Assembly (NCBI RefSeq): GCF_009914755.1
Contig: NC_060928.1
Reading direction: 5' to 3' (one strand)
DNA: 64,000 bases
From: the human T2T-CHM13v2.0 reference genome, Homo sapiens
This document shows positions 22,361 through 33,939 of the stretch, one piece after another. How positions within the stretch are numbered: position 1 is the stretch's first letter; each line of letters starts with the position of its first letter. Below the pieces are notes generated by a model. That model was not told where the DNA came from. It made no database searches and worked only from the letters and a program-made list of their open reading frames with translations. Both the position numbers and the translations under genes were made by a program.

Positions 22361-23989
22361 CTCTAACATCTTTCTTTCTTTTTTTATTAATTTATGTAAA
22401 ATATACGTAGAAAGTATCCTGGAATTCTTGCTTCCTCACAAGTAAATTTGAGTACTTTGCGCATTAGACAATATTGCAGTTTTCTTCTTCGTGGCTACCT
22501 GGGCCCTTTCAGATCCAGCTCTTCCTGTAGCACATCACAGTAAAGAAGATTCAAGACTGAGGGTTGGTTTGTGAGAGTTGATGCCATTTTAGACCTTTAT
22601 GTAAGCTCTTGGTCTTTCTTCACTCCAACATGCAAAAGATTGCCTGCATTTGGCATTTTAAGTTGCTTACACAAATTAGTAAAATTGCTACTTGATTTCC
22701 ATTTGGCTAGAGACCCTCATGTGTATATTTCTTCAGCCAGAACCCTGATGTGGAAGAGAAAGGAGTGCTTGGCCTTGAACCCCTAACAGTAAGTGCTAAA
22801 TAAATGGTATCTGTTTTTGTTGTAGTTGGAACAGCATGCTCTAACAGGTTTTGAGCAGGGAGAGTAAAAAGAAGATTAAACATATAATTCTTAGCTTTCT
22901 CCAAATTTCTGTGTAGCATATTAAACTAAATATTTAAAGAAGGTATCTCCAACATTATCATTAAACATAATAACTGAGAGGAATGATGACACCTGTTCAC
23001 TTTTTAAGACTAAAATCTTCTGATATTAGCTTGATTTAGAATGTTTATTCATTCTGTGAGGCTTCTTCTCAAAGAGAAAGTGTGGAGGTTATTCTGAGAA
23101 ACAAAATTAATGGCAAAAAATACCCTAGAAACTGCACGTAGCAACAAGGAGAAAAATGGTTTCTGAATAATGCTGAGAATATACAGAGAGATAAAAGCAG
23201 AGATCATGCACAAAACACATTTGAACAATGCTAATATCACAGTGAGATTATAAACATGAGAAACTAAAATGAAGTGGTTAAAAAAATTAAATTCAATTTA
23301 GAGTAAGATAGATATAAGTAGAGAAAAAAAACAGCTATTCTTCATTCCCAATATTGGTATGCTTTCTAGTTCCTCAAAAGGAAGGAGGGATTTCTGATAA
23401 AATTGTTCAAAGATCTAAGCCATCCAGTAAGTTACATTTTACTCATAAGAAGCTGATTCACCCTTTTTATTTCTATCCATGTGGCCGGGGCTTATGACCT
23501 TGCTAAGCTGTTTCCTTTCTTCTCTGCATGCAGTGGGGATAAATAAGTTGAGCCAGGGACCATTATAAATAAACCAGATTTCTTACTTTCTTCTAAATAT
23601 AATAAAATATTTAAGGAAGATCCCTGTTCCCTGAAATGGTTTTGATTTCTTTGGATACAAGCATTTCAATATCCTCATTTTTTTTTCATTTTTGCTATTT
23701 TATGGCATTCCATTTATAAACATTCCTTTGAGTTGGATTTAAATCATGCTGTTGAATCCCCTAAATTTCTATGTGACATAAAGGATTAACAAATAATGCA
23801 TTTGTGTCACATCAAAATTACATTCAGTTTGTGGGAAAGTAATTTGAAATAAATTCTGTACCATAGTGGATCTACTCAAAGCACACAGAAATATTCAAAA
23901 TGAAATTCCATGTATATTTTAGATATTTTCTTCTAGAGACGGATTTTTAAAAGCCTAAATTTATGACCCAAACTACTAAAATCAATTCC

Positions 23990-24900
23990 TCATCTTAAAC
24001 ACAAAACTAAACTACATTTCCCAGCTTTCCTTGCAGTTAGATATGATCATATGACCACAGGGTAATCAGTGGATTGCAGATAAAATGTTTGCCACTTTCA
24101 AGCCCATTATAGGATACCAAAATATGCCACCCCAAAATATGCATCTTTGGCTTAAGGATGATTTTGAGCTGATTTTTTTTTTTTTGAGAAACTACAGACA
24201 AGGGGAAGCTCTGAAATTAGAGTAGAAGTTATCCTTTTGTAAGAAAAATTTGCACCTATAAAGGAAATTTCCATTTGTAAGGGAACCCTCCCACTCTGCT
24301 CCAGGGAGAGATGAATGACTCTAAATTATTAGAAAAACTTGTCAATGTAGAAGGCACAGACTTAAATCTGCACAACAAATCTTACCCTTGTTTACTGTGC
24401 TTTTCCTGCTCACCTCCCATAGTTGCATTATCACCCCAAGGCCTTTCTTTCTTTGTTTCAGTTGAAGTCTGAACTCTAAGGCACCTCTTTAAAATGTACT
24501 CACTTCTCTGGGTATCTCTCGGGTATACATTAGGTATACATGTTAATAAGCTTCTGTTTGTTTCCTTTCTTGTTAATCTGTTGTTTGTTACTGGAGAATT
24601 CAGAACTCAAAAAGTGTAGAGAGAAAACAATTTTCCCTCCCATGCAACATAAACCTCTCCCATATATGATCCACTGAGATCTTTTTCATTTTCAGCTGGT
24701 TAGAATGGAGATCACCCACATAGCAAACTTGGAAACCTTGTGTTGAGCATGGCAGAATAACACTGTGGAATAAGCTAGACTTATTGTACTATGACTTGAA
24801 GAAGAATTACCTAGTAATTGGAACTATCATTTTGGACTTCATATGTCATACCAATAGATATAATTTTTGTAACTACCATGTTTTGAAGGTTTATCATCAC
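23990..24900 (+). mobile_element. MLT1I/J-like MaLR LTR, split by a MER34 LTR
   Basis: CTACATTTCCCAGCTTTCCTTGCAGTTAG ... GCCACTTTCAAGCC, resuming after 24646. Confidence 0.6.
24107..24645 (+). mobile_element. MER34-family solo LTR (ERV1)
   Basis: AAAATATGCCACCCCAAAATATGCATCTTTGGCTTAAGGATGATTTTGAGCTG start. Ends TTTTCCCTCCCATGCA. Confidence 0.78.
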
Positions 24901-25039
24901 ATTTTAATGAAGGCAATGTAAAATAAAAGTAAAATAAATCTAAATATGTCTTAATAAATTACCTGCAATGTTAAAAACATAATGTATCTTAAGGGAAAGA
25001 GATAAACTAAATGCCACTTCAGTTGTTGTCCTTTTGGGA

Positions 25040-25266
25040 GATCATTCTCAATGGCATTTGTTCACAAATGCCTGTCTCTGTATCATCCCTCTGGGACTTG
25101 GAAAACAACAGGGGACCACTGAGTATATAAAGCTCATGCTGCCTGCTGTGCTATGCATAATACAGTCCATTACCTCTAGTGTCTTCTGACATGTATAAAA
25201 CTGTAAGAGGCTAACATGCTAGCTTGCATATAGGATAAAATCTCAAATTACTCACAGTTCTTGACA
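25040..25266 (+). mobile_element. ERVL-class LTR 3' part (LTR41-like)
   Basis: TATATAA box. Terminus GCTAGCTTGCATATAGGATAAAATCTCAAATTACTCACAGTTCTTGACA. Confidence 0.5.
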
Positions 25267-25479
25267 GTTTTCTCCAGATATTTAAAAAATCAAGTTAGGT
25301 ACCATGTTTCCATGTCAAAGTAGATGAAATGTTGCTTTTTGTTTTCTTGGCCTTTTTTGTCCACTGTCCTCCTTGTTCGCCCCACCAACACAAACAGATA
25401 TGCTGGATTTTCTTCACAGAAGAGTAGCAGGAATGGAAATTTATGAACGGAAATCACATGTGCTTAATAAGAGTTGAAA

Positions 25480-25640
25480 TTAAAATAATAATGACAATGA
25501 TGGTGATGATGATTATAACCAGGACACTTTGTGCATAATAGTCATTATTATAAGAATTTCCTATATATGAACTCATTTAACACGCCACCACTATAAGTAG
25601 GGAGTACTGTTATCTCCATATAAAGTTGCCTATAACTAGT
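25480..25640 (-). mobile_element. MIR fragment
   Basis: ACTCATTTAACAC ... GTACTGTTATCTCCAT is the MIR core in antisense. Confidence 0.55.
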
Positions 25641-25910
25641 AATTTCAGATTTTTGAGGACTTGAGAAAAATGGTTGTGCTGTAGACATGACTAGATGCAT
25701 CAGACAGCACCAAATGCCAACCACAGGCCAGATGCTTAGATGCCATCACATATCATAGCTGCCAAACAACCTCAGAAAAAGATGCCACCCCTGATGGGGA
25801 AGGGGATAAGCGAAGAAACTTGCATTGATTCTGCTTTTAAATTTTGTGGTCATCTAAAGTGGCTGAGAAATCAGAATCATAACAAAAAGAGGAATTTCTA
25901 AAACTGAGGA

Positions 25911-26677
25911 TTTGTTTTGTTTTGTTTTGTTTTGTTTTTGCAGTGAGGGCTAGTGATGGACATTAAGTGCAATTACCATGGCTGGTAGTGATTATGACTA
26001 GAATTAGAATAAGGATAGCAAATGCCATGAGCTCCTTAAATACCAGATCTACAAGGAACAGAATGATCAGGCTACATATTAAAGAGTAAAGAAGAAAGCT
26101 TACTTTTAAGTAGCTCAATAAAGGTAAGATTAAGAAGGCAATTGTTTTAATCAATTTGTGTCTCTCCTCATTTTATTTGAAAAGAACATAGTTATGGGAT
26201 ATTATGAGATTCTCTTTTACCAAATTTGTGCTTCCATAGTTTAGCAAATTACATTAGACTTGGATCTTTTTCTCATCTTTATCCAATCACCCTCTCACTT
26301 ATGTCCTAGAATCTCCACAATCCTACAGGTTCACATATCACTCCTGATGTTACTTTTCTTCTCTGAATCACCCAGGGTAGGCTTGAGCATGAAATGATGG
26401 TATAATCAGAAGGTATTTGGGACCCCCTCTTAAACATTGAACCCCACATCAATAACTTCCCGAATCGGATATGGAGAAAACCTAGGAAATTGGTTAAAAC
26501 AATTACCTCTTTAGTCTTACCTGCATTGACCCGCTTAAAAAATAGGATTTCTTCTTCTTTATCTATTAATATGTACTCCCTGGTCTCCCTGTCTCCTGTA
26601 GACTTGATATTCAAGAAACTTTTAGCAGTCTTTATCTTTATTCTAATTATAGTCAAAATCACTTGAAGCCAAATTGT
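25911..26677. pseudogene. Candidate endogenous bornavirus-like G element (EBLG): two diverged head-to-head copies, left on - (25911-26233, with A-tail) and right on + (~26240-26672)
   Basis: Inverted arms are about 70% identical by eye. The + frame 26406-26666 is open for 86 codons and ends in a TM-like stretch. Motif order resembles the BoDV-1 G C-terminus as I recall it. (AAAAC)n tail on -, and TGAGGAT on both flanks. Confidence 0.55.
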
Positions 26678-27260
26678 TGAGGATACAATAATGATAATTT
26701 ACTATTATTAATAATGATTATTGTTGGTGATTTTCAGCCAAATGATTTCAAATTGGCTAATAGAAATTTCTTACTGATTAAAATTCAAATTACTGAGCCT
26801 ATATGATTCAGGTGCCCAAAATGTAGTTCAATCCACCAGTTTATATAAATTGGAAATTTCCGATTTCCATTTAATCTAAATTAATCATGATATACAGAGA
26901 TCCACCTAACTGTTATAGTGAAGATGATAGCACATTTAAAAATGTTTTCATACTTTCTAATTGATGGAGAATGGCATACTAACAGTTATTTTTAAAAAAT
27001 GAACAACACTTTAAGAATTGTGTTCAAGCTTTGGGAGTAGAACCCATTTGAGGATCATCCTAGCACTACTCAGAGCACTACCTTTTGAGGTAAATAAGAC
27101 CGAACATGAACATTACATTCTGAGCACTAGATAATTTTGCACAGCTGATTAAATTATCTCGTTTTGCTCTAGAGAAAGAATGAGAATCTGAAATGTTAAG
27201 TGTCCGTGACTGTGAGTGAGTGTGCTTGTGGGTGTTGTATATCTTATTTCAACTTAAAAT

Positions 27261-27364
27261 CAAATAGTTTATCAAGGTAATTTTGTTGGAATACTTACTG
27301 TTCTATTTGAGCAAAGCAAATAGTTTATCAAGACAATTTTCGTGGCATACTTACTGTTCTATTT
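27261..27364. repeat. Direct duplication, period 56 bp, 2 copies
   Basis: CAAATAGTTTATCAAG...ATACTTACTGTTCTATTT at 27261 and 27317. Confidence 0.9.
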
Positions 27365-27494
27365 AAAAGGAGGATTCAGTGGGTAAGACTTCATTTATCC
27401 CTTTCAACTAGAAGGGGATGTAGGTTTGTGCAGATTATAAAAACATCCTGAAAATTTGTCTTTTAAATTTGTCTTTTAAACAATATTGCTTAGA

Positions 27495-29347
27495 TCCAAG
27501 AAATAGACCCACAAAAACATAGTCAACAGATCATTGAGAAAGGGGCAAAAACAATGGAGAAGGAGATATTCTTGTTGGCAAATTGTGCTGGAAAAATTGG
27601 ACATCAATATGAAAAGAACTGAATCTAGACACAGACCTTTTACTCTTCACAAAAATGAACTCAAGATAGATCACAGATTTAACTATAAGATGCAAAACTA
27701 TAAAACTCCTAGAAGATAACATCAGAGAAAATCTAGATGACTTTGGAAATGGCAATGACTTTTTAAATATGACATCAAAGACACTGTTAATGAAAGAAAT
27801 AATTGATAAACTGGAATTCTTTAAAATTAAAAACTTATGCTCTGTTAAAGACATTTTAATTAAAGAGACTGAGAAGCCAAATCACAGGCTGTCTTCTGCA
27901 AGACATATCTAATAAAGGTATATATGATGAGGTATATTTATTCAAAATATACAAAGAATGCTTAAAGTCTACAAGAAGAAAAGAAACAACCCAATGAAAA
28001 AGTTGACCAAAGACCTGAATAGACACCTCACTAAAAAAGTTGTACAGATGGTAACTAAGCATATAAAAAGATGTCCCAACTTGTTTATTAAGGAAATTCA
28101 AATTAAAATGTCAATAAAATACCATTATACACCTATTAGGATGGTACGATTCCAAAGCACTGAGGACTCCCAATGCTGGAGAGAATGTGGGTCAACAGCA
28201 ACTCTCCTTCATTGCTCATGGAAATGCAAAATGGTACAGCCATTTAGAAAGACAGGTTGGTAGTTTCTTACAATACTAAACATATTCTTACTATACAAGC
28301 CAAAAATCGCACTCTTAGATGTTTCCCTAAATGGGATGAAACTTATGTCCACACAAGAAACCTGCACATGGTGTTACTGAACCAAACCTGGATCAGCTTG
28401 CCTAGTGCAGTAAAGTGAAACATCCACACCAAGGTTGTGCAGTAAAAGAAAGGAGGGCATTTATTTGCAGAGCAAGAGAATCATGCAGCTTCTGCATGAG
28501 ACCTGACCTCTCTGTTGGCTAACATGAAAGGGTTTTTAAAGGATGGAGTAAATTTCAGGAAAGCAGAAGTTACAGGCAAAATCATAAATTGATACATAGT
28601 GTTTATATGTTGGTTTGGCTTAAAAAGGTGGGCTGTCTTAAAGCAGGGACTTACAGGTCATAGGTGGATTCAAAGATTGTCTGATTTGCAGTTGGTTAAG
28701 GAAGCAACGCTTTGTCTGAAAACTTGAGGTCAACAGAAAGTTAAAGTCTGGCCTGTGGGCATGACTCTCTCCATGTTCCTCAGGGAGAAATTTAGAACAG
28801 ATTATTGTGGTCAGAGTTCAACCTTCAGTGCCCCCCATCTGTGTTCTTTGGTTTCTGTAAAACAACTTGGGGACATACGATAAGATGTTATCTTTAGTTT
28901 CTATAGAAAACCAAACATCTTGTGGCTCCACTTCCTTGGCTATTGTTTTAAGCTATTATTACCTTCTTGCTTATTAGATGACTCATGTACTTCTCAAGGC
29001 TAGCTAGGTGTCTGGAATTTCCCTTGAGGGACCTCAAGATTTTTCTTAATTTCCATTCTTGAGGAGTGGCCCAGCAGACCCGTAGAAGGGTTTCTTCTCC
29101 ATCTCAATGGATGTTTATAACTGCTTTATTGATAATTGCCAAAACTTGGAAAAATCCAAGATGTCTTTCAGTGGCTGGTAAATAAATGGTAGTATATCCA
29201 AACAATAAAATATTTTTGGGGAACAAAAGGAAATGAGCTATCCAATCATTAAAAGACATGGAGGACCCTTAAATGCATATTAGAAAGTGAAAGAAGCCAA
29301 TCTGAGAAAGCTGCATACTGTGCGATCCCAACTATATGACACTGGAC
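27495..29347 (+). mobile_element. Old L1 (L1MC/MD-like) 3' ORF2 and 3' UTR, split by an LTR
   Basis: GAAATAGACCCACA ... DLNRHLTK-type coding ... AAGAAGCCAATCTGAGAAAGCTGCATACTGT. Confidence 0.8.
28372..29106 (-). mobile_element. MER4-group (ERV1) solo LTR
   Basis: TGTTAC...TCTCA termini with an exact 4-bp TSD ATGG (28368-28371 and 29107-29110). Interrupts L1 cleanly. Confidence 0.8.
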
Positions 29348-29599
29348 ATGAAAGAAAATATTTTGAATTCTGAATTACATATGCAGGAAATAGTTGTGTT
29401 TCATACATAAAAGCATCAGGAAGACATATTTATAGACATATTCAGATATATTTATTTTACAAGAATATCTTGTATTCTTGTGGAAGAATACAAGAAATAT
29501 AGCTCTTCATTAACATTCTAGATGTTCAAAAGATGACTCCAAATAAATAGCTTACTTGTGGAGACGACAGTATTTAGGGGGCTTTTTGATAGAATTTCA

Positions 29600-30290
29600 G
29601 GCATTCTAGACCCAGATAATCTAAGCTAATCTACATGTTCATTTCGTCTCTCTTCTCAGTAAGATTTCAATGGTGGAAATTGGACTTCCAATACTACATG
29701 AGGGAAAGTGTGCTAATGGTTTCTGAGAAAATTTCATTATACCTAAGAATGAAGAAAGAGAAACTCTCTTTTTCACTTAGCTATTTTCCTCTTTGTCTCC
29801 TTGTCTTTGGATGTTGCTGTGGTATCCGGAATCTCTCCAGCTATTTGCTGTCAGTCTGAGGTTAAAGTTTACATTGGTCCCCAATGATATTGAGAGCTTG
29901 TTTGGAGGTTCTAGCAGGGGAGCACAGCTACTTGTATACACTTGACCGAAGACCAGTCCTCGGATCTATCGAGGATGGTCGTCCTCTTCAACCAAGCGTG
30001 CAGCTTTGGGAGGGACATACATGGAGCAGTGAGAGAGGAAGGGGACACCCGCATAGCCAGCCAGATCAGCTGAGTCAACCCTGACAATCAATGGGGTGAC
30101 AGATGTCACGGCCAGATCACCCTCACATCTGCTCCTCAATGATATTGAGACTGATGTTCATTGCATTGGTCTTGGGTCCTATACCATCTGTAGGCTTCTA
30201 ATTATGAAAGATGCATTTTCTAAAAATTTAAGGCAACTTGAGTTGGGGATTATAAAATTTTTTTCTAAAACGTATTACCTGATAGGATCT
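29600..30290 (+). mobile_element. MLT1K-like LTR remnant hosting the 7SK copy
   Basis: Diverged MaLR-like sequence on both sides of the 7SK insertion. Confidence 0.4.
29890..30130 (-). pseudogene. 7SK snRNA retropseudogene (about nt 1-240, 3'-truncated, no poly(A))
   Basis: Reverse complement reads (A)GATGTGAGGGTGATCTGGC...GACATCTGTCACCCCATTGA...CTAGAACCTCCAAACAAGCTCTCAA, matching RN7SK. 20-bp TSD at 29876-29895 and 30131-30150 with 2 mismatches. Confidence 0.96.
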
Positions 30291-30794
30291 GAAGGTATTA
30301 AGAGATAAGTACATACACTAAAATATAGGCATAACTAAATAACTGATGATTTTATTGAGAAAGGAATAATACAACTTATTTATTGGAGAAGACATACTAT
30401 GTGATATAAAAATAACCAGTATTAGCTATCTTTACTGGCTGTGATAAAAAAAAAAAAAAAAACACAAAAACCATAGAACACACCAGTCACATTAAAAGTG
30501 AGGGAAGAGAGGTTGAAGAAAGTGTTCATTAATTCATCAATTTTCTCACCTTCCACAGAAGGAAAATACCATATACTTTTATCTAAAGTTATTAAAGCAG
30601 AGAAAAAAAGTTTAAGTTATGATTTAAAGTAAAAAAAATGATTATTTCTAGGAGAATAATAACAGATTATAACTTTTCCGAGGCAACAGACCGTATAACA
30701 AAAGACAGAACAAAAAGAGAAAATGAAGATGTATTAACAAAATGTCAGATAAGATGTAAGAAAGAAGACCAAACAGATGCTCTACGAGTGGCAG

Positions 30795-31325
<531 letters not shown>

Positions 31326-31679
31326 GTAAAAGGTTAGCCATTCTTGTGGTGGCTCATCACAAAAGAGAGCATTGATTATGATTCATTCTTGGGTGACAAG
31401 TCGCAATATTATAAAGCTGCCTATTTTCACTAAACTGATCTCTTAATTCAACACAATTACAATCAATATCTTAACAGACTATTTTTATATGTCATAAAAT
31501 TTAGATGTATTTCTGGTTATGTATACATGTCTGTATCCAGCTATTTTTATTATTATAGTAATCCTATCCAGTTAGAAGGGAAGAAAGCATTAAATATCAA
31601 TAGAGAAAATACGGATTTTTTTTTTTTCTCAGCAAATGCTATTGAGTAACTGGCTAGACATTTGGAAAATAAATCTTTT

Positions 31680-32060
31680 ATCTGGATTATAACAACACCT
31701 CCTAACTGATTTTCCAACTTCCACCTTACTGATTTTTGGATTATTCTTAACAAATAGGCAGATAATCACTTCTCTGCTCAAAACTCTTATTGTTGCCCCA
31801 CCTCACCTGGAATATATGGCCTGCAGAACTCTGTAATTTGGTCCCTCTTTCTTCTGTGCATTACCCTTTCCATCTTGCTGAGCAGCTCCTGCTCCCTAGT
31901 CCCCTGGTTGTACTTCAAACACAACAGGCTTGATTTCAGGCCCTTGTGCTCCTTGTTCTCTCTACATGAAATATCATCTTCTTTCAAAACCGAATTCAGC
32001 TTATTCCCTCACCTTCAGGGTTTTTACAATCTCACTGAGTGTGCTAATGGAAAAACTCTT
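31680..32060 (+). mobile_element. L2 fragment
   Basis: CTGGATTATAACAACACCTCCTAACTG ... CACTTCTCTGCTCAAAACTC ... TTCAGGCCCTTGTGC. Confidence 0.65.
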
Positions 32061-33444
32061 ATAAGTAATTACTGCTCTCTCAGCAACACATAATGATATA
32101 AATAAATAAACAAATAAAAAATTTAAAAACCTGATTGTAGCTTAGTCTTTGGGAGAGCTTTAAGGGAGAGTTTAGACTATTTTAGGGTAATTGATATGGC
32201 AGCCTGATTAACTTTGGATACTATTTTCTTGAATTTTCCCAAATGTGTCTTTTCAAGCATTATTAGCCACGTGTTTGATGTTAGCATATAAAACTGACAT
32301 GTCTGATTTTCCAATGATCTTGATATATCAAAAAAACTAATCCACTAAAACAAAAACCTGACAAAATTATGGTGATGATTACATCGTGAAATGGATGATA
32401 TTGTTTTTTTCCCTGAAAAGATGTTATATAGTTTGAACACCCACCTATCTATGCACACACATATATATAAAGCTTCTATATGTAATTACACACATATGTA
32501 ATTTTAAGACGTATGCATATTAATTTCAAAGCAAACAACTCGAACATGTGAGAGCATAATAAACACAAGTACTATTTTAATAGCAAGTATTTATAAGTTT
32601 ATATAGCAATATAACTATCTGATAGTTTCATTATGATTTATATTTTTTCATATATTTCAAGATTAGAATTTTCATTAATTTTGGTTGTGAGTGTTTGACA
32701 TTTTCCCATTTAGCAATGATTATTTTTAGGGTCTCCTATCCAATGCTTATCATATAGGCAAAATACAGAGAAGAATACACAGGATTACATGGCTACATGC
32801 ACAGGAAATGCTAAAATTGTGAAATGCATATGTTGCTTGTCTCAGCTATTTTCTGGTCAGTACAATCTCATAAAAGACTATGTGTAGTTCACTACTGCAT
32901 TTAAAATTTCTTAAAATTCTTTCAGTGTCCTTACAGGAAATTTTAATGGAAACAGTAGTTTGCAATAAAATTCTAGCAATTTTTAAAATGGCAGTTTTTT
33001 TTTAATAGAATGTATTAAAAACAGAAGACATCCTTTGAACAGACTCCCTGTTCTTTTAGCACCATCTTCACTATAAGTTTCTGTGAAATCATACAGCTTC
33101 TTGCCATCCTCACAGGGGCCTGACTGGACAATTGATGCTTTCAGACACCTGCTGCTCACACATCACAGTGTGGATAAAACCTAGTTGATTGTAAACCCAG
33201 AAGTTGCAGCCAGAATGCTTTCACAAAGGTTTTGTTTTTGCTGAGTCAGTTGAGATGTTTGCAATTGTCTGATGTTTCAACTTCACAGCAACTTGATAAC
33301 TCTTCTTATCAACAGCACAAACTCATAAGGCAGACAAGAATTTCCTGTTATACGTGTCATAAACAGTAAAGTTCTGTGTGGATGTGAGCACGAGCACAGT
33401 TAAATCATATCATTTAACATAGAATCCAAAAATGTTGGATTGCA

Positions 33445-33600
33445 TAATTAATCAATTCCTTTTTTTTTTTTTTTTTGAGCACCTACTAACTGCCATGAGG
33501 GTGTATGGCAATTAACAAAACTGAGAACGCCCTGCCCTCTGGTGGGAAGTCAGATAATAAACAAGTAAAGGGATGAATGCAAATTATGTTAAGCACTTAG
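33445..33600 (-). mobile_element. L2 3' end fragment
   Basis: TTGAGCACCTACTA ... CCCTGCCCTC ... CAGATAATAAACAAGTAAA. Confidence 0.6.
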
Positions 33601-33775
33601 ACTTCTTTTTGATGGGGTTTCCAATATGGAATCTTCTAAGATCACATTCTAGAAAAATAAGTCTCTCTCTTTTATTCTTTTTTAAAAGGGACTCGAATAT
33701 CACATGGTACATTGATTGATGTTACCATTTCCTAAATAAAGCTATTTAGGAATGGAAAACACACAGTTAAGCTAC

Positions 33776-33939
33776 ATTTTAAAATTATTTTTACTTGACA
33801 TGTAATAATTGCACATATTTATTGGGTATAGAATATTTTGATACATGTATAAAATGTGTAATGATCAAATCAGGGTAATTAGGATATACATGGCTTCAAG
33901 CATTTATCATTTCTTAGTGGTGGGAACATTCAAAATCCT
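33776..33939 (-). mobile_element. L1MA 3' terminal fragment
   Basis: ATAATTGCACATATTTATTGGGTA ... TGTGTAATGATCAAATCAGGGTAATTAG ... GGGAACATTCAAAATCC. Confidence 0.8.

Noticed and set aside
26306-26662. 118-aa minus-strand ORF as a novel gene
   Set aside because: It is the antisense shadow of the candidate EBLG frame and shares third codon positions with it. The homologous frame in the other arm hits a stop, and I see no recognisable motifs.
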